A stretch of 62,661 nucleotides of DNA, the filler included. It is 3 parts of 3 records of this genome, joined end to end, with 100 filler letters (N's around TTAATTAATTAA, not from the genome) between each part and the next. Parts side by side here need not be neighbours in the genome. Positions count along the whole stretch, not along the records: positions 1 to 26,730 come from SRR20825019_698; 2 more parts are not named here. One strand, given 5' to 3'. Made by a program: the position numbers and the translations under genes. The notes under the pieces were generated by a model. That model worked only from the letters and a program-made list of their open reading frames with translations. It had not been told where the DNA came from and searched no databases. Positions 9,011-21,507 of the stretch are shown here, one piece after another. Numbering within the stretch: the first letter of the stretch is position 1; every line of letters begins with the position of its first letter.

Positions 9011-10849
9011 ATGATGAAAAAAATTTTATTTTTATTCCTGTTGTTACTGGTTTCCAGCGTCAATGCGCGGCCGGGTTTTCTGGAAGGACTGGGGCTGGGC
9101 CAGTCAGATCCGGTGCCACCGCTGGTGGAGGAAGCCTTTCAGTTCAGCGCAGAAGTGGATGATGCCAACACGCTGATCGCACGCTGGCAGGTGATGGAAG
9201 GTAATTATCTCTATCGCGACAAGCTCCGCTTTGAAGTTATCGCGAATGACAATGTCAGATTGGGTAATTTCATACTGCCGCCAGGCGAAAATAAAAATGA
9301 CGAGACCTTCGGTCTGGTCGAGGTTTACCATCACGATCTGGCGCTCAAACTGCCGCTTAACCGGCCACAGGCAGCCCAACAAATCACTTTGAAAGCCTAT
9401 TTTCAGGGCTGTTCTGAAACCTTCGGCATTTGTTACCCGCCCAGTGAGCAACAAGTTGATTTGACGCTGCCGGTCGCGACACAAGCGAGTACTGATTCGC
9501 TGTCCCCAGTCCCGGCCGCCAACTCCGTAGGTAATGGTAGCAATCCTCTCAGTGAACAGGACCGTCTGGCACAAAGACTGGCCGAGGACAACCTGATCCA
9601 GATTTTCCTGGGTTTTCTCGGCCTGGGTCTGCTGCTGACATTCACCCCCTGTGTCTTACCGATGATTCCGATCCTCTCCAGCGTGATTGTCGGTGAGGGC
9701 GAAAAGATCACCACCCGCCGAGCCTTCAGCCTGTCTTTGATCTATGTGATGGCCATGTCGGTGACCTATACCGCCGCCGGCGTGCTGACCGGCCTCGTCG
9801 GAGAAAACCTGCAAAGTCTGTTTCAGAATCCCTGGATTATCAGCAGCTTCAGTCTCCTGTTTATTCTGCTCGCCCTGTCGATGTTCGGACTCTATGACCT
9901 GCAACTGCCGCAGGCACTGCAGCATCGACTGCATCAACTGACCCACCGTCAGCAGGGTGGCAGTTTTATCGGTGTGGCTATTATGGGTCTGTTGTCAGCA
10001 TTGATTGTCGGCCCCTGTCTGGCACCACCGTTGGCCGCGGCACTGATCTTTATCGGCCAGCATGCCGATCCCTTCCTGGGCGGGCTGGCCCTGTTTGCGC
10101 TCAGTATCGGCATGGGTATTCCCCTGCTGATTATCGGGACCTCTGCGGGTTCACTACTGCCACGGGCCGGTGACTGGATGAACGTGATCAAATCTATCTT
10201 CGGCGTATTGTTGCTGGCCCTCGCCATCTGGATGCTGGAACGCATTATTCCGGGCTGGCTGAGTCTGATGCTGTGGGGTGGATTGCTTATTGTCTGCGCC
10301 GTCTATCTGGGTGCGCTTAATAGCCTGCAAATTGATGCCAGTGGCTGGAGCAAGTTGTTTAAAGGTGTGGGTCTGATCTTGCTGATTTACGGTGCCCTGT
10401 TGATGGTCGGTGGTGCCAGCGGCAGTCAAAACCTGTGGCAGCCGCTGCAGGTCATAGCTGCCAGTCCAACATCGCCTGAACGACAGTCAACTCAGCTCAA
10501 GTTCAACAAGGTCAATAATCTTGAAGAGCTCCATGCCCGGCTGCAACAAACCCAGAAACCGGTGATGCTGGATTTTTACGCCGACTGGTGCACGGATTGT
10601 AAAACCATGGAAAGAACCACCTTCCGCGATCCGGCGGTGATTGCCAAGCTGGACGACTATCTCTTATTAAAACTGGATATGACTGACAATACCGAGGCGC
10701 ATCAGGCTATGCTCAGGGAGCTGCAGGTATTCGGCCCGCCGACTATGCTGTTTTATAATGCGGCCGGTCAGGAATTACGCGATTACCGTCTGGTCGGTCA
10801 CGTCACTGCAGATAAGCTGCTAGAACACCTGTCCGGCCTGCCTGGATGA
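9011..10849 (+). CDS. dsbD: Thiol:disulfide interchange protein DsbD
   Basis: Alpha domain GCSETFGICYPP; TM cysteines TPCVLP and GPCLAP; thioredoxin WCTDCK. Confidence 0.95.
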   Translation: MMKKILFLFLLLLVSSVNARPGFLEGLGLGQSDPVPPLVEEAFQFSAEVDDANTLIARWQVMEGNYLYRDKLRFEVIANDNVRLGNFILPPGENKNDETFGLVEVYHHDLALKLPLNRPQAAQQITLKAYFQGCSETFGICYPPSEQQVDLTLPVATQASTDSLSPVPAANSVGNGSNPLSEQDRLAQRLAEDNLIQIFLGFLGLGLLLTFTPCVLPMIPILSSVIVGEGEKITTRRAFSLSLIYVMAMSVTYTAAGVLTGLVGENLQSLFQNPWIISSFSLLFILLALSMFGLYDLQLPQALQHRLHQLTHRQQGGSFIGVAIMGLLSALIVGPCLAPPLAAALIFIGQHADPFLGGLALFALSIGMGIPLLIIGTSAGSLLPRAGDWMNVIKSIFGVLLLALAIWMLERIIPGWLSLMLWGGLLIVCAVYLGALNSLQIDASGWSKLFKGVGLILLIYGALLMVGGASGSQNLWQPLQVIAASPTSPERQSTQLKFNKVNNLEELHARLQQTQKPVMLDFYADWCTDCKTMERTTFRDPAVIAKLDDYLLLKLDMTDNTEAHQAMLRELQVFGPPTMLFYNAAGQELRDYRLVGHVTADKLLEHLSGLPG

Positions 10850-10994
10850 CGATTTGATGAAAATTTCAAGAAAGCCGCCTTTTCGACGAAAATAGCGACA
10901 AAAGTCTGCCTTTTGTCTTGCTTAACTGGACATTGACCCCTTGCTGGTGCACAATTCGGCCTAATTGATTTTTGACCGCATTGTAAGGATCGTC

Positions 10995-11432
10995 ATGGCG
11001 AATATTCTTGTGCTGAACGGGCCCAATCTCAACCTGTTGGGGACTCGTGAGCCTGAGCATTATGGTGCAGATACCCTCGCTGATATCGAGGATCGCCTGC
11101 GGACCATGGCTACTGCTGCCGGTCACCAGCTGGACTTTTTTCAGAGCAATGCCGAGCATGCGCTGGTCGACAAACTACACGATCGTCGCAGCGACACCCA
11201 GTTCATCCTGATCAATCCGGCTGCATTTACCCATACCAGTGTTGCTTTGCGTGATGCGCTGGCCGCGGTTGCGGTGCCGTTCATCGAAGTGCATATCTCC
11301 AATGTTCACGCCCGTGAGGCATTCAGACAACATTCCTATCTGTCCGATATCGCCAGAGGCGTGATATGCGGACTGGGTGCGCAGGGTTACGAACTGGCCC
11401 TGCAAGCCGCCATCAAACAACTCAACTCATAA
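10995..11432 (+). CDS. aroQ: Type II 3-dehydroquinate dehydratase
   Basis: [42 protein letters not shown] 10995 follows AAGGA. Confidence 0.96.
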   Translation: MANILVLNGPNLNLLGTREPEHYGADTLADIEDRLRTMATAAGHQLDFFQSNAEHALVDKLHDRRSDTQFILINPAAFTHTSVALRDALAAVAVPFIEVHISNVHAREAFRQHSYLSDIARGVICGLGAQGYELALQAAIKQLNS

Positions 11433-11453
11433 CTATTATTAGAAGGTTAACGC

Positions 11454-11912
11454 ATGGACATTCGCAAAATTAAGAAACTGATTGATCTTATTCAGGAATC
11501 CGATGTCGCCGAGATTGAAATTTCCGAAGGCGAAGAGTCGGTCCGCATCAGCCGTAACAGCTCGGTTTTGCCTCACTACGCGCCCCAGCCTGCACCGGCT
11601 CAACATACTATGCCTGCAGCTGCTCCAGCGCCCGTTGCTGACACTGCACCTGCTGCCAGTGAAGCCCAGACTAATGAAGCCAATGCGGTACGCTCACCGA
11701 TGGTCGGTACCTTTTACCGCTCTTCCTCCCCGGAAGCCGCGGCGTTTGTGGAAGTGGGACAACAAGTCGCCGCAGGCGATGTTATCTGCATCATCGAAGC
11801 GATGAAGATGTTCAACCAGATCGAAGCCGATCGCAGCGGTACCGTCACAGCCATCCTGGTTGAGAATGGTCATCCGGTTGAATTCGATGAGCCATTGATC
11901 GTTATTGAATAA
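11454..11912 (+). CDS. accB: Acetyl-CoA carboxylase biotin carboxyl carrier protein
   Basis: [23 protein letters not shown] biotinylation motif. Confidence 0.97.
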   Translation: MDIRKIKKLIDLIQESDVAEIEISEGEESVRISRNSSVLPHYAPQPAPAQHTMPAAAPAPVADTAPAASEAQTNEANAVRSPMVGTFYRSSSPEAAAFVEVGQQVAAGDVICIIEAMKMFNQIEADRSGTVTAILVENGHPVEFDEPLIVIE

Positions 11913-11969
11913 CACCGTGCCTGTTGCAGGCGAAATAGCTCATCCTGAACTGTGGATTTGAACATTAAT

Positions 11970-13310
11970 ATGATCGATAAAATTGTTATTGCCAACCGGG
12001 GCGAAATTGCCCTGCGTATTCTGCGTGCCTGCTGGGAACTGGGTATCAAAACCGTTGCCGTTCACTCCAGTGTGGATCGCGATCTCAAACATGTCTTGCT
12101 GGCTGATGAAAGTGTCTGCATTGGCCCGGCCCCTTCCAACGAAAGTTATCTGAACGTGCCGGCGATTATCAGTGCTGCCGAGATTACCGATGCCACTGCG
12201 ATTCATCCCGGTTATGGTTTTCTGTCAGAAAATGCTGACTTTGCCGAACGGGTTGAAGAAAGTGGCTTTATCTTTATCGGCCCGCGCGCCGAAACCATTC
12301 GACTGATGGGGGACAAAGTCTCCGCTATCAAAGCGATGAAAGCGGCCGGTGTGCCCTGTGTACCGGGCTCCGATGGTCCGCTGGGAACTGATGATGCCAC
12401 CAACCTGCGTCTGGCCCGTGAAATCGGCTACCCGATCATCATCAAAGCCGCTGGTGGCGGTGGTGGCCGCGGTATGCGCGAAGTTCACAGCGAGGCACAC
12501 CTGCTCAATGCCATTGCTTTGACCAAAAGTGAGGCCCGCGCCGCCTTCAGCAACGATATGGTTTACATGGAAAAATTCCTGGAAAACCCGCGTCATATCG
12601 AGTTTCAGGTGCTTGCCGACCAACACGGCAATGCCATTCATCTGGGCGAACGAGACTGTTCTATGCAACGTCGTCACCAGAAAGTGGTGGAAGAATCGCC
12701 AGCACCTGGCATCACCCAGGAAATGCGTGACCGAATGGGTGCTATCTGTGCTGAAGCCTGTGTTCGTATCGGTTACCGTGGTGCTGGTACCTTTGAATTT
12801 CTCTACCAGGACGGGGAGTTTTATTTCATCGAAATGAACACCCGTATCCAGGTGGAACATCCGGTGACTGAACGCGTTACCGATATCGATCTGGTCGCTG
12901 AACAGATTCGCATCGCCGCCGGTGAACCGTTGTCGATCAAACAGGAAGATGTGGTGATGCGCGGCCATGCCATCGAGTGCCGTATTAATGCTGAAGATCC
13001 CCGCACCTTCATGCCCAGCCCCGGCAAAATCACCCACTACCATGCACCGGGCGGTGCCGGTATCCGCATGGACTCCCATATTTACAGCGGTTACAAAGTC
13101 CCGCCTAACTATGATTCCTTGATCGGCAAACTGATTGCCTACGGCAAAGATCGCGATTCGGCCATTGCCCGCATGCAGACTGCGCTGAAAGAAATCGGCA
13201 TTGAAGGCATTAAAACCAATGTCGAACTGCAACGCGACATCATGGATGATACCCACTTCCAGACGGGTGGCACCAATATCCACTATCTTGAGAAGAAGCT
13301 GGGACTCTGA
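11970..13310 (+). CDS. accC: Biotin carboxylase
   Basis: [41 protein letters not shown]. Confidence 0.97.
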   Translation: MIDKIVIANRGEIALRILRACWELGIKTVAVHSSVDRDLKHVLLADESVCIGPAPSNESYLNVPAIISAAEITDATAIHPGYGFLSENADFAERVEESGFIFIGPRAETIRLMGDKVSAIKAMKAAGVPCVPGSDGPLGTDDATNLRLAREIGYPIIIKAAGGGGGRGMREVHSEAHLLNAIALTKSEARAAFSNDMVYMEKFLENPRHIEFQVLADQHGNAIHLGERDCSMQRRHQKVVEESPAPGITQEMRDRMGAICAEACVRIGYRGAGTFEFLYQDGEFYFIEMNTRIQVEHPVTERVTDIDLVAEQIRIAAGEPLSIKQEDVVMRGHAIECRINAEDPRTFMPSPGKITHYHAPGGAGIRMDSHIYSGYKVPPNYDSLIGKLIAYGKDRDSAIARMQTALKEIGIEGIKTNVELQRDIMDDTHFQTGGTNIHYLEKKLGL

Positions 13311-14182
13311 TGGCCTGGGTCCAGTTTATCTGCCATACCTCACCGGACAGCGCCGAGGCTTTATCTGAAGCCCTGACGGAGTGCGGTGCATCAGCCGTGA
13401 CCTTTGAAGATGATGCCGATCAACCGATCTATGAGCCAGATCCGGGTGAAACGCCACTGTGGACCGATACGCGTCTGACCGCGTTGTTTGATGCTGAGAC
13501 TCAGCAGCAGACCGTGCTTGATATGCTGACCGGCATGCTGCCGGAAGTGCCCAAGTTCCGGGTCGAGGCGGTGGAAGATAAAGACTGGGAACGGGAGTGG
13601 ATGGCGAACTTCCAGCCTATTCAGTTCGGTGAAAAACTATGGATTGTGCCCAGTTGGCACCAGGCACCTGATGACAAGGCCATCAATATTCTGCTGGATC
13701 CGGGTCTGGCTTTCGGCACCGGTACGCATGCCACCACAGCGCTTTGCCTGAACTGGCTGGGTCAAGCCGATCTCAAGGGTAAATATGTCATCGACTATGG
13801 CTGTGGCAGTGGGGTTCTGGCTATTGCCGCCGCTTTGCTGGGTGCCGAACGTGTGATTGGCGTCGATACCGACCCGCAGGCTTTGGAAGCAACCCGCGAA
13901 AATGCCAGACGTAATGGGGTTGAAATCGAAGCTTATCTGCCCGGCAACTGTCCCGATGAACCCTGCGATCTGCTGCTCGCCAACATTCTGGCCGGGCCAT
14001 TGCAGAACCTTGCCCCGCGCTTTGCCAACTTAGTCAAAGCCGAGGGTGAATTGCTGTTATCCGGCATCCTGCAAACCCAGGCCGAAGAAGTCGCCGACAG
14101 CTACCAGCAATGGTTTACGATGCAACCCGCGGTGAGCCGCGAAGACTGGGTCAGACTCAGTGGAGCCCGGCATGCAGTCTGA
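13310..14182 (+). CDS. prmA: Ribosomal protein L11 methyltransferase
   Basis: LDPGLAFGTGTHATT, DYGCGSGVLAIAA, ANILA. Confidence 0.96.
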   Translation: MAWVQFICHTSPDSAEALSEALTECGASAVTFEDDADQPIYEPDPGETPLWTDTRLTALFDAETQQQTVLDMLTGMLPEVPKFRVEAVEDKDWEREWMANFQPIQFGEKLWIVPSWHQAPDDKAINILLDPGLAFGTGTHATTALCLNWLGQADLKGKYVIDYGCGSGVLAIAAALLGAERVIGVDTDPQALEATRENARRNGVEIEAYLPGNCPDEPCDLLLANILAGPLQNLAPRFANLVKAEGELLLSGILQTQAEEVADSYQQWFTMQPAVSREDWVRLSGARHAV

Positions 14183-15173
14183 TCTCATGATCGGCCCCTA
14201 CAGCCTGCCTAATCGGCTGTTTCTGGCGCCGATGGCCGGTGTCACTGATCGCCCTTTCCGTCAGCTCTGTCGCCGGCTCGGTGCTGGCATGGCGGTTTCG
14301 GAAATGATCACAGCCAACAAAGCTTTATGGGCCAGTAAGAAATCGCTGCTGCGGGCCAACCATGAAGGGGAACCGGAACCACGTAGCGTGCAGATTGCAG
14401 GTGCCGACCCCGTGATGATGGCCGAAGCCGCCCGCCACAATGTCGATGAGGGCGCCCACATTATTGATATCAATATGGGTTGTCCGGCCAAAAAGGTCTG
14501 TAACGTGATGGCCGGCTCTGCGCTACTGCAGAACGAAAAACTGGTTGCCGATATTGTTGAATCGGTGGTCAGGGCCGTTGATGTCCCGGTCACGCTGAAA
14601 ATCCGCACCGGCTGGGATCGCGACAACCGTAATGGGGTCAACATTGCCCGCATCGCCGAGCAGGCCGGCATTCAGGCGCTGGCCGTACATGGCCGGACAC
14701 GGGCCGATGCTTACAAAGGCGAGGCTGAGTACGACACTATTGCCGAGATTAAATCCCGTATCTCGATACCAGTCATTGCCAACGGTGACATCAGCTCACC
14801 ACAGAAAGCGGCCCTGGTGCTGGAGAAAACGGGGGCTGACGGACTGATGATTGGCCGCGGTGCCCAGGGAAATCCCTGGATATTCCGCCAAATTCTGCAT
14901 TTTCTGCAGCATGGTGAGCTTCTGCCCGAGCCTGAAGTCACTGAAATTAAACAAGTCTTGATTGAGCACCTGCAAAACCTGTACGATTTTTATGGTGACT
15001 ACACCGGTGTTCGCATGGCCCGCAAACACATCGCCTGGTACAGCAAAGGTTTGCGCAACGGCAATGCTTTCCGCCAGGAGATGAACCAGTTTGAGCTCCC
15101 GCAGCAGCAACTGCGTTTCACCCGTCATTTTTTTGAGCAATTAGAACAACAACAGGACTCTCAAGCCGCATGA
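14172..15173 (+). CDS. dusB: tRNA dihydrouridine synthase B (start could be 14187)
   Basis: LAPMAGVTDRPFR, DINMGCPAKKV, VHGRTR; directly upstream of fis. Confidence 0.95.
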   Translation: MQSDLMIGPYSLPNRLFLAPMAGVTDRPFRQLCRRLGAGMAVSEMITANKALWASKKSLLRANHEGEPEPRSVQIAGADPVMMAEAARHNVDEGAHIIDINMGCPAKKVCNVMAGSALLQNEKLVADIVESVVRAVDVPVTLKIRTGWDRDNRNGVNIARIAEQAGIQALAVHGRTRADAYKGEAEYDTIAEIKSRISIPVIANGDISSPQKAALVLEKTGADGLMIGRGAQGNPWIFRQILHFLQHGELLPEPEVTEIKQVLIEHLQNLYDFYGDYTGVRMARKHIAWYSKGLRNGNAFRQEMNQFELPQQQLRFTRHFFEQLEQQQDSQAA

Positions 15174-15460
15174 CTAAACCGCTAGCCAAAGATCCATCGA
15201 CTTGCGCTGAACTTGGTGTAGCGGCCGAGCATACGACAGCGCCACTCAGCGACTGTGTATCACAAGCGCTGGCGGACTATTTCGAGCAACTCGAAGGTCA
15301 CCCCGCAGCCAATCTCTACGATATGCTGATGACGGAAGTCGAAGTCCCACTGCTCAAAGCGACCCTGGCCCACACCAACGGAAATCAAAGCCGGGCGGCC
15401 GAAATTCTCGGCATCAATCGCGGCACCTTACGTAAAAAACTCAAGCTCTACGGCTTATAA
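15170..15460 (+). CDS. fis: DNA-binding protein Fis
   Basis: [25 protein letters not shown]; dusB-fis gene order. Confidence 0.95.
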   Translation: MTKPLAKDPSTCAELGVAAEHTTAPLSDCVSQALADYFEQLEGHPAANLYDMLMTEVEVPLLKATLAHTNGNQSRAAEILGINRGTLRKKLKLYGL

Positions 15461-15495
15461 AACCAAATTCTCTTTACTCTGGATTTTCTTTTTCA

Positions 15496-17061
15496 ATGAA
15501 TAAGATCAAACGTGCTCTATTGAGCGTCTCTGACAAAACAGGTGTGCTTGAACTGGCACAGGAACTGAACCGGCTCGGTGTCGAGCTGCTGTCTACCGGT
15601 GGCACCGCTAAGCTGCTCAGTGAGGCAGGACTTCCCGTGAAGGAAGTCTCTGAACACACCGGTTTCCCGGAAATGATGGCAGGTCGTATCAAAACCCTGC
15701 ATCCCAAAATCCATGGGGGCCTGCTGGGCCGCCGCGGTACAGACGATGCCATCATGGAACAGCATGAAATTGCGCCCATTGATCTGGTCGTGGTCAACCT
15801 CTACCCGTTTGAAGCGACCATCGCCCGTGATGACTGCACCCTGCCGATGGCGATCGAAAATATCGATATCGGTGGCCCCACCATGTTGCGTGCCGCTGCC
15901 AAAAATCATGCTGATGTCACGGTGTTGATTGATCCGGCTGATTATGGCCGGGTGCTGGAACAAATTGAAGCCCATGGCGGTGTAGATGATGCCACCCGTT
16001 TTGACCTGGCTGTGAAAACCTTCGAACACACTGCGCATTACGATGGCGCGATCGCTAATTATCTGGGCAAACGGTCCGATAACGGAGATATGAACACCTT
16101 TCCCCGCACATTCAATGCCCAGTTTCACAAGAAACAGGACATGCGTTACGGTGAAAACCCACATCAGAAAGCGGCTTTTTATGTCGAAGGCCAGCTGGAA
16201 AGCGGCAGCATCAGCGCATCAGTCCAGCTGCAGGGCAAGGAACTGTCTTACAACAATATCGCCGATACCGATGCCGCGCTGGAATGCGTAAAGGCATTCC
16301 CGGAATCACCGGCCTGCGTTATCGTCAAGCATGCCAACCCCTGTGGCGTTGCCACAGCAGACAGCCTGCTGGCTGCCTATGATCTGGCTTTTCAGACTGA
16401 TCCGACCTCGGCTTTTGGTGGCATCATCGCGTTCAACCGCGAGCTCGATGCAGAGACCGCCAAAGCGATTATCGAGCGTCAGTTTGTTGAAGTCATCATC
16501 GCCCCCTCGGTAGCTGAAGATGCCAAAGCGGTAGTGGCACAGAAAGCCAATGTACGCCTGCTTGCCTGTGGTGAATTTGCTGAGAACCCGGTTGACAGTC
16601 TCGATTTCAAACGTGTTAACGGTGGCCTGCTGGTTCAGGATCGTGATGATGCGCTGGTGCAGACGGATGAACTGAAAGTCGTGACTGATACCGCACCCAC
16701 CGACGAACAGATGCAGGATTTACTGTTTGCCTGGCGAGTGGCCAAGTTCGTCAAATCCAACGCGATTGTCTACGCCAAAGACCAGCAAACCGTCGGTATT
16801 GGCGCCGGTCAGATGAGCCGTGTGGTCAGCAGCCGCATTGCCGGTATTAAAGCCGAAGATGCCGGTCTGGTGGTACCCGGTGCCGTGATGGCTTCTGATG
16901 CTTTCTTCCCGTTCCGTGACGGCCTTGATGCCGCTGCTGAAGCCGGCATCAAGGCCGTGATTCAACCCGGTGGTTCCATGCGTGATGACGAAGTCATTGC
17001 CGCAGCCAATGAACACGGCATTGCCATGGTCTTCACGGGCATGCGTCACTTCAGACACTAA
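15496..17061 (+). CDS. purH: AICAR transformylase / IMP cyclohydrolase
   Basis: [44 protein letters not shown]. Confidence 0.97.
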   Translation: MNKIKRALLSVSDKTGVLELAQELNRLGVELLSTGGTAKLLSEAGLPVKEVSEHTGFPEMMAGRIKTLHPKIHGGLLGRRGTDDAIMEQHEIAPIDLVVVNLYPFEATIARDDCTLPMAIENIDIGGPTMLRAAAKNHADVTVLIDPADYGRVLEQIEAHGGVDDATRFDLAVKTFEHTAHYDGAIANYLGKRSDNGDMNTFPRTFNAQFHKKQDMRYGENPHQKAAFYVEGQLESGSISASVQLQGKELSYNNIADTDAALECVKAFPESPACVIVKHANPCGVATADSLLAAYDLAFQTDPTSAFGGIIAFNRELDAETAKAIIERQFVEVIIAPSVAEDAKAVVAQKANVRLLACGEFAENPVDSLDFKRVNGGLLVQDRDDALVQTDELKVVTDTAPTDEQMQDLLFAWRVAKFVKSNAIVYAKDQQTVGIGAGQMSRVVSSRIAGIKAEDAGLVVPGAVMASDAFFPFRDGLDAAAEAGIKAVIQPGGSMRDDEVIAAANEHGIAMVFTGMRHFRH

Positions 17062-17076
17062 CAGGCCCAGCAGTCA

Positions 17077-19698
17077 GTGGACCGGGTTCAGGCGCAGCGT
17101 TTCTTACAGACGCATAACCATGAACGCATCCATCGTCTGCTGCAGCTGGCACCGGCACGTCACAGCCTGATTCTGGAGCTGCTGCCGTTCCTGTTTCACA
17201 TCAATGCCAAGCTATTGCCGGGGTATATCAGTGATGATACCCCGGCAGGTCTGATCGATTACCGTCCAACTAAATCCACTCTGGACCGGGCCAGACAGCT
17301 GGAAAGCAATTTCCGCTTCCGGCAACGGGCGTTACGTCGCTACCCGCTGCGGGGTCTCTACCTGATCAACGCTCAGGGTTTGCTACGTTATCCTGAGCAA
17401 CCCCATTTTGAACTCTGGCTTCTCCACAGTAATTTACTGAATGACGCACAGCGCCGGCAGTTGCAGCAGAAAGTGGACGCTGTCTGCGAATGGTGCAGGG
17501 AAAACGGTATCCAACTGCAACCGCGACTGTTATCAGAAGCGGAGCTGGCACGGGGCAGCTTATCTGCCTGGGACCGGGATCAGCTCTACAGTGCCGGTCT
17601 GATTCTCGCCGGCAGTCAACCTTATTGGTGGCTGACCAGCCCGGAAGAGGATCAGGATTATGCCGCTACTGTGAGCAGAATGCAGTCACAGCGGCTGCTC
17701 AATCCGGTCAGTCTGGTGGATTTTGGCGATATCGGCCGGTTTGATGCCGATACCTTGTTCCATCAGACCATCACTTTACTCAACGACAGCCTGCAGAACG
17801 GGGATCAGTTTTTATCCCTCGCTTATCTCAATCATTGCCTGACCGGCTCGCCGCAAACCGCCCTGTCGCCGCTGCTCAAACAGCAGCTTTATCAGCAACA
17901 AAGTGATACAGGCCATTTGGATCCGAACTATTTGCAGCTGCAACTTCTTGAGCAGGAGCAAGTTTCGGCCAAATTGCGCCGGCGTTTTTATCTCAGTGTG
18001 CCGGAAAGACTCAGCAAACCCGTCAGACAGGCAACACAGCCATGGCGACGCCAGTTTATGGAAAGACTGACCCGGGAGTGGGGCTGGGATGCTGACAAAC
18101 TGAAACAACTGGACAGCGGCACAGACGACATCAGCACGATTGAAACCGATTTTCACGAATTAGGCCAATTCAGCAGCAAGGTGCTAAAGCAACTCAATGA
18201 CTTTGCTCGCGAGGAAAATCTGGATGCCGCTGACACCCTGCATGCACTGAAAACTTTTCACCGACTGCGCTTTGCACCACCGGAAAACCAGGTCAGCCTG
18301 TTACCTTTAGCATTAAGACCGGCTCCAGGAAGTGAGCGTCTGTATCTAAGCCGCTTTCGCGAAAAAAACTTATGGTGTTTGGGCCGCCAGCCACTTAGCG
18401 CGGCAGGTCAGAATGCAATTATTCAACACGAACACCTGCTGCACGTGCTGGCTTATGCAATTGGCAATCGGCTGCTCAGCCGCAGCAACTGGCTTAGTGT
18501 TAATGATCAACACGGTAAAGTCACAACGTCCTGTGTGGTTGAGCTGTGTCAGCGTCTGTTCCGCAGCGCCTTGCCCGAACTCGATCTCAACTTCACCGCT
18601 ATCACAACAGCAGAGAACGAGACCCTGAGCGATATCAGACTGTTTATCAATCTGGAGCCGGACGTCAGCGATAAACTCGCTCAGCAAGGCCTGCAACTGT
18701 CGAGCAGACTCAATGACCCGCTGAACTACAGCTCCTATCATCAAAGTCTGGTGACATCGATAGACGGCATACTGACAACCAGTCACGGCATCTGCCACAG
18801 CTTCCGCTATACCGGTTCCCAGGCTGTGCTGGATACCTTGCAACACCTGCTCGCCTGGCAGCCTGATAACAATACGGTCTGGCAAAGCTGGTGCCCAACA
18901 CCGGTTTTCGGTCAGACCATCAGTCAGCGTCTGGATAACTTGCTCAATCAGCTCATCTCCCATTACCAGCATTTTCCGGACTCAGGCCGGTTTCTCTTGA
19001 CGATGGCCGACCGTCTTATCAACCTGCAATGGCAACAACAACAGATCAGCCTGCTGAAGCTGCCCTTGTCTCAGGATCTATGGCAGAACCTGGCCAGCCA
19101 GGGCCGTCAGTTCGAAGCATTGCGACTGGATCGTTATCTGGATAAAGACGGTTTATTGAACAGTCTGCTGCAATACCAGTCCGCTGGGCGCATTAATGTG
19201 TTTATTTATCTCGAAAAAAACACCATTATTTGTTACCTGCTGGATGAGTTCGGCAACCTGTTACGCCAGCAGTATCAGCATTTATCTGAAGCCACGCTGG
19301 TCTCTCACTGGCAGTTATTTCTGTCTGAAATCCGCCAACGGAACCAGGTGGCGCAACTGCGTTTCTATCATCTGAGTCGTCAGCAACAACATTGGCGAGC
19401 CACACCAATAGCGGTGACACCCCAGTCCGGCAATTATCTGCCGGTGAAGGTCAGCATGAACAGTCCTGCACTGGATGCGGATTGCACCATTATCTGTGGC
19501 CAGCAATGGTTTGAAGGTCGGGCTGATGATCCGGCCCTGTTTACGCGGGTACAGCAGCTGGTGCTCAGCCTGCGTGGCCAATCATCGCATTATCCGGTCT
19601 ATCTCAACAGCCTGGTGTTCACTGATGATCACTATTATCCGGCAGCGGTCTATGTTCAGCATAAGCAGCGTCTGGAACAGCTGTTCAATCCCGCCTAA
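17077..19698 (+). CDS. Class I adenylate cyclase homologue, predicted catalytically degenerate
   Basis: 873 aa. N-terminus [26 protein letters not shown], plus [16 protein letters not shown] and DPLNYS...LV.SID blocks, match CyaA. The GS-x10-DxD motif is replaced (see findings). Confidence 0.8.
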   Translation: MDRVQAQRFLQTHNHERIHRLLQLAPARHSLILELLPFLFHINAKLLPGYISDDTPAGLIDYRPTKSTLDRARQLESNFRFRQRALRRYPLRGLYLINAQGLLRYPEQPHFELWLLHSNLLNDAQRRQLQQKVDAVCEWCRENGIQLQPRLLSEAELARGSLSAWDRDQLYSAGLILAGSQPYWWLTSPEEDQDYAATVSRMQSQRLLNPVSLVDFGDIGRFDADTLFHQTITLLNDSLQNGDQFLSLAYLNHCLTGSPQTALSPLLKQQLYQQQSDTGHLDPNYLQLQLLEQEQVSAKLRRRFYLSVPERLSKPVRQATQPWRRQFMERLTREWGWDADKLKQLDSGTDDISTIETDFHELGQFSSKVLKQLNDFAREENLDAADTLHALKTFHRLRFAPPENQVSLLPLALRPAPGSERLYLSRFREKNLWCLGRQPLSAAGQNAIIQHEHLLHVLAYAIGNRLLSRSNWLSVNDQHGKVTTSCVVELCQRLFRSALPELDLNFTAITTAENETLSDIRLFINLEPDVSDKLAQQGLQLSSRLNDPLNYSSYHQSLVTSIDGILTTSHGICHSFRYTGSQAVLDTLQHLLAWQPDNNTVWQSWCPTPVFGQTISQRLDNLLNQLISHYQHFPDSGRFLLTMADRLINLQWQQQQISLLKLPLSQDLWQNLASQGRQFEALRLDRYLDKDGLLNSLLQYQSAGRINVFIYLEKNTIICYLLDEFGNLLRQQYQHLSEATLVSHWQLFLSEIRQRNQVAQLRFYHLSRQQQHWRATPIAVTPQSGNYLPVKVSMNSPALDADCTIICGQQWFEGRADDPALFTRVQQLVLSLRGQSSHYPVYLNSLVFTDDHYYPAAVYVQHKQRLEQLFNPA

Positions 19699-19772
19699 AT
19701 CCGAGCCGGAGATCTGCAGTCCGGCATAATTTGGGTATACTGTTTGTTTTAACAGCAACGACAGAGCAAAGC

Positions 19773-20801
19773 ATGATCAAAGTCGGTATTGTTGGCGGCA
19801 CCGGATACACGGGTGTGGAATTGCTGAGACTATTGGCCAACCACCCTGAAGTGTCGCTGGAAGTTATCACTTCCCGCAGTGAAGCCGGTCTGGCTGTCAG
19901 CGAATTATTCCCCAACCTGCGCGGTCACATCGATCTCAAATTCAGCGAACCCGATCCGGATGTGCTGGCTCAATGCGACGTGGTCTTTTTTGCCACTCCA
20001 CATACCGTCGCGATGGCCCTGGTGCCCGAGCTCATTAAACGCAACAGCCGGGTGATAGATTTATCGGCCGATTTTCGTCTTAAAGATCAGGCGGTCTGGG
20101 AGCAATGGTATAACACTCCGCATACCTGTCCCGAATTATTCAACACGGCTGTCTACGGCCTCCCGGAACTCAACCGTGATCAAATTCGATCGGCCCAACT
20201 TGTCGCCGTACCGGGGTGTTACCCAACGGCAACCGAACTGGGCTTTCTGCCTCTGATCGAGGCCGGATTGATTGATCCCAAACACCTGATTGCCGATGCC
20301 AAAACCGGTGTCAGCGGTGCCGGCCGTAAAGCGGCGATACCCATGCTGATGGCTGAAACCAGCGGCAGCTTCAAAGCCTACGGCGTCAGTGGACACCGCC
20401 ACTTGCCGGAAATCAGGGAGATTTTGTCGGCTCATTGTGGTGAAGAGGTCGATCTGACCTTTATTCCTCATCTGGCGCCAATGGTACGCGGCATCCATGC
20501 CACGCTGTATGGTAGGCTGAACAAAGACGCTGATCTGCAGGCGCTGTTTGAAAACCGCTACCGGGATGAGCCTTTTGTCGATGTCATGCCCGCCGGCAGT
20601 ATGCCTGAAACCCGCAGCGTATCCGGTTCCAATGTCTGCCGTATCGCGGTTCATCAGCCACAAAACAGTGATACCGTTGTTGTCCTGTCAGTCATCGATA
20701 ATCTGGTGAAGGGTGCTTCCGGCCAGGCCATCCATAATATGAATATCATGTTTGGCCTTGAGGAAACCACTGGTATCAACGTCATCGCGACTATGCCCTG
20801 A
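19773..20801 (+). CDS. argC: N-acetyl-gamma-glutamyl-phosphate reductase
   Basis: [37 protein letters not shown]. Confidence 0.97.
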   Translation: MIKVGIVGGTGYTGVELLRLLANHPEVSLEVITSRSEAGLAVSELFPNLRGHIDLKFSEPDPDVLAQCDVVFFATPHTVAMALVPELIKRNSRVIDLSADFRLKDQAVWEQWYNTPHTCPELFNTAVYGLPELNRDQIRSAQLVAVPGCYPTATELGFLPLIEAGLIDPKHLIADAKTGVSGAGRKAAIPMLMAETSGSFKAYGVSGHRHLPEIREILSAHCGEEVDLTFIPHLAPMVRGIHATLYGRLNKDADLQALFENRYRDEPFVDVMPAGSMPETRSVSGSNVCRIAVHQPQNSDTVVVLSVIDNLVKGASGQAIHNMNIMFGLEETTGINVIATMP

Positions 20802-21499
20802 TGCTGGACAGACCCTACGTTATTCATCCGCGGCGTCCCTACCGCTGCCTGCTGCTGGTCGTCCTGAGCATTGTGCTCACTGCATCCGCCATTGTTTACT
20901 GGGGTCAGCGATGGCAAGACAATCAGCTGGAAAAACTCTCCGGCCTGCGGTCACAGCATGCGCAGATGCTGGCGGAGAATCAAAGGCTGACCGAAGAAAA
21001 CCGACAACTGCAGGAACAGCTGATGGGCATTAACCAGATGCAGGCACTGCAGCAGGCAACTGACTCCAAGCTGCAGACTGAATTACAGCTGTTACAGGAT
21101 CGGGTCATTGATCTGAATAAGGAACTGCTGTTTTACCAGAACATTACCCAGGGCAATGCCAGCAGTGAATTACAGGTTCGTGAACTGCATCTGCGACAAG
21201 TTGTGGATGAACCGTCATCCTATCTGTATCGAATTGTGCTCACGCAGGGTAAGCGAATCACCAAATCCATCAAAGGCGATGTATTAATCACGCTGAACCT
21301 GCAAGGGAGCGGTGAGGCGCAATCCCGGCTGGTGGAAACCCAGGCACTGAATATACGCCATGTGCAAGTGCTTGAAGGGACACTGAAATTAGCAGAAAAT
21401 GAACAACCGGACAGTATCAGGGTCATGCTGAGACAGTCCGACAAAACCCTGACCGAACGGACATTCCAGTGGGAAGTCACTTCCTCCCCGGCATCATGA
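20801..21499 (+). CDS. DUF6776-like membrane-anchored coiled-coil protein
   Basis: One TM, a coiled coil ending ELLFYQNI, then a YRIVLTQ beta domain; argC-X-bactofilin-erpA gene order. Confidence 0.7.
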   Translation: MLDRPYVIHPRRPYRCLLLVVLSIVLTASAIVYWGQRWQDNQLEKLSGLRSQHAQMLAENQRLTEENRQLQEQLMGINQMQALQQATDSKLQTELQLLQDRVIDLNKELLFYQNITQGNASSELQVRELHLRQVVDEPSSYLYRIVLTQGKRITKSIKGDVLITLNLQGSGEAQSRLVETQALNIRHVQVLEGTLKLAENEQPDSIRVMLRQSDKTLTERTFQWEVTSSPAS

Positions 21500-21507
21500 G
21501 GTAAATC

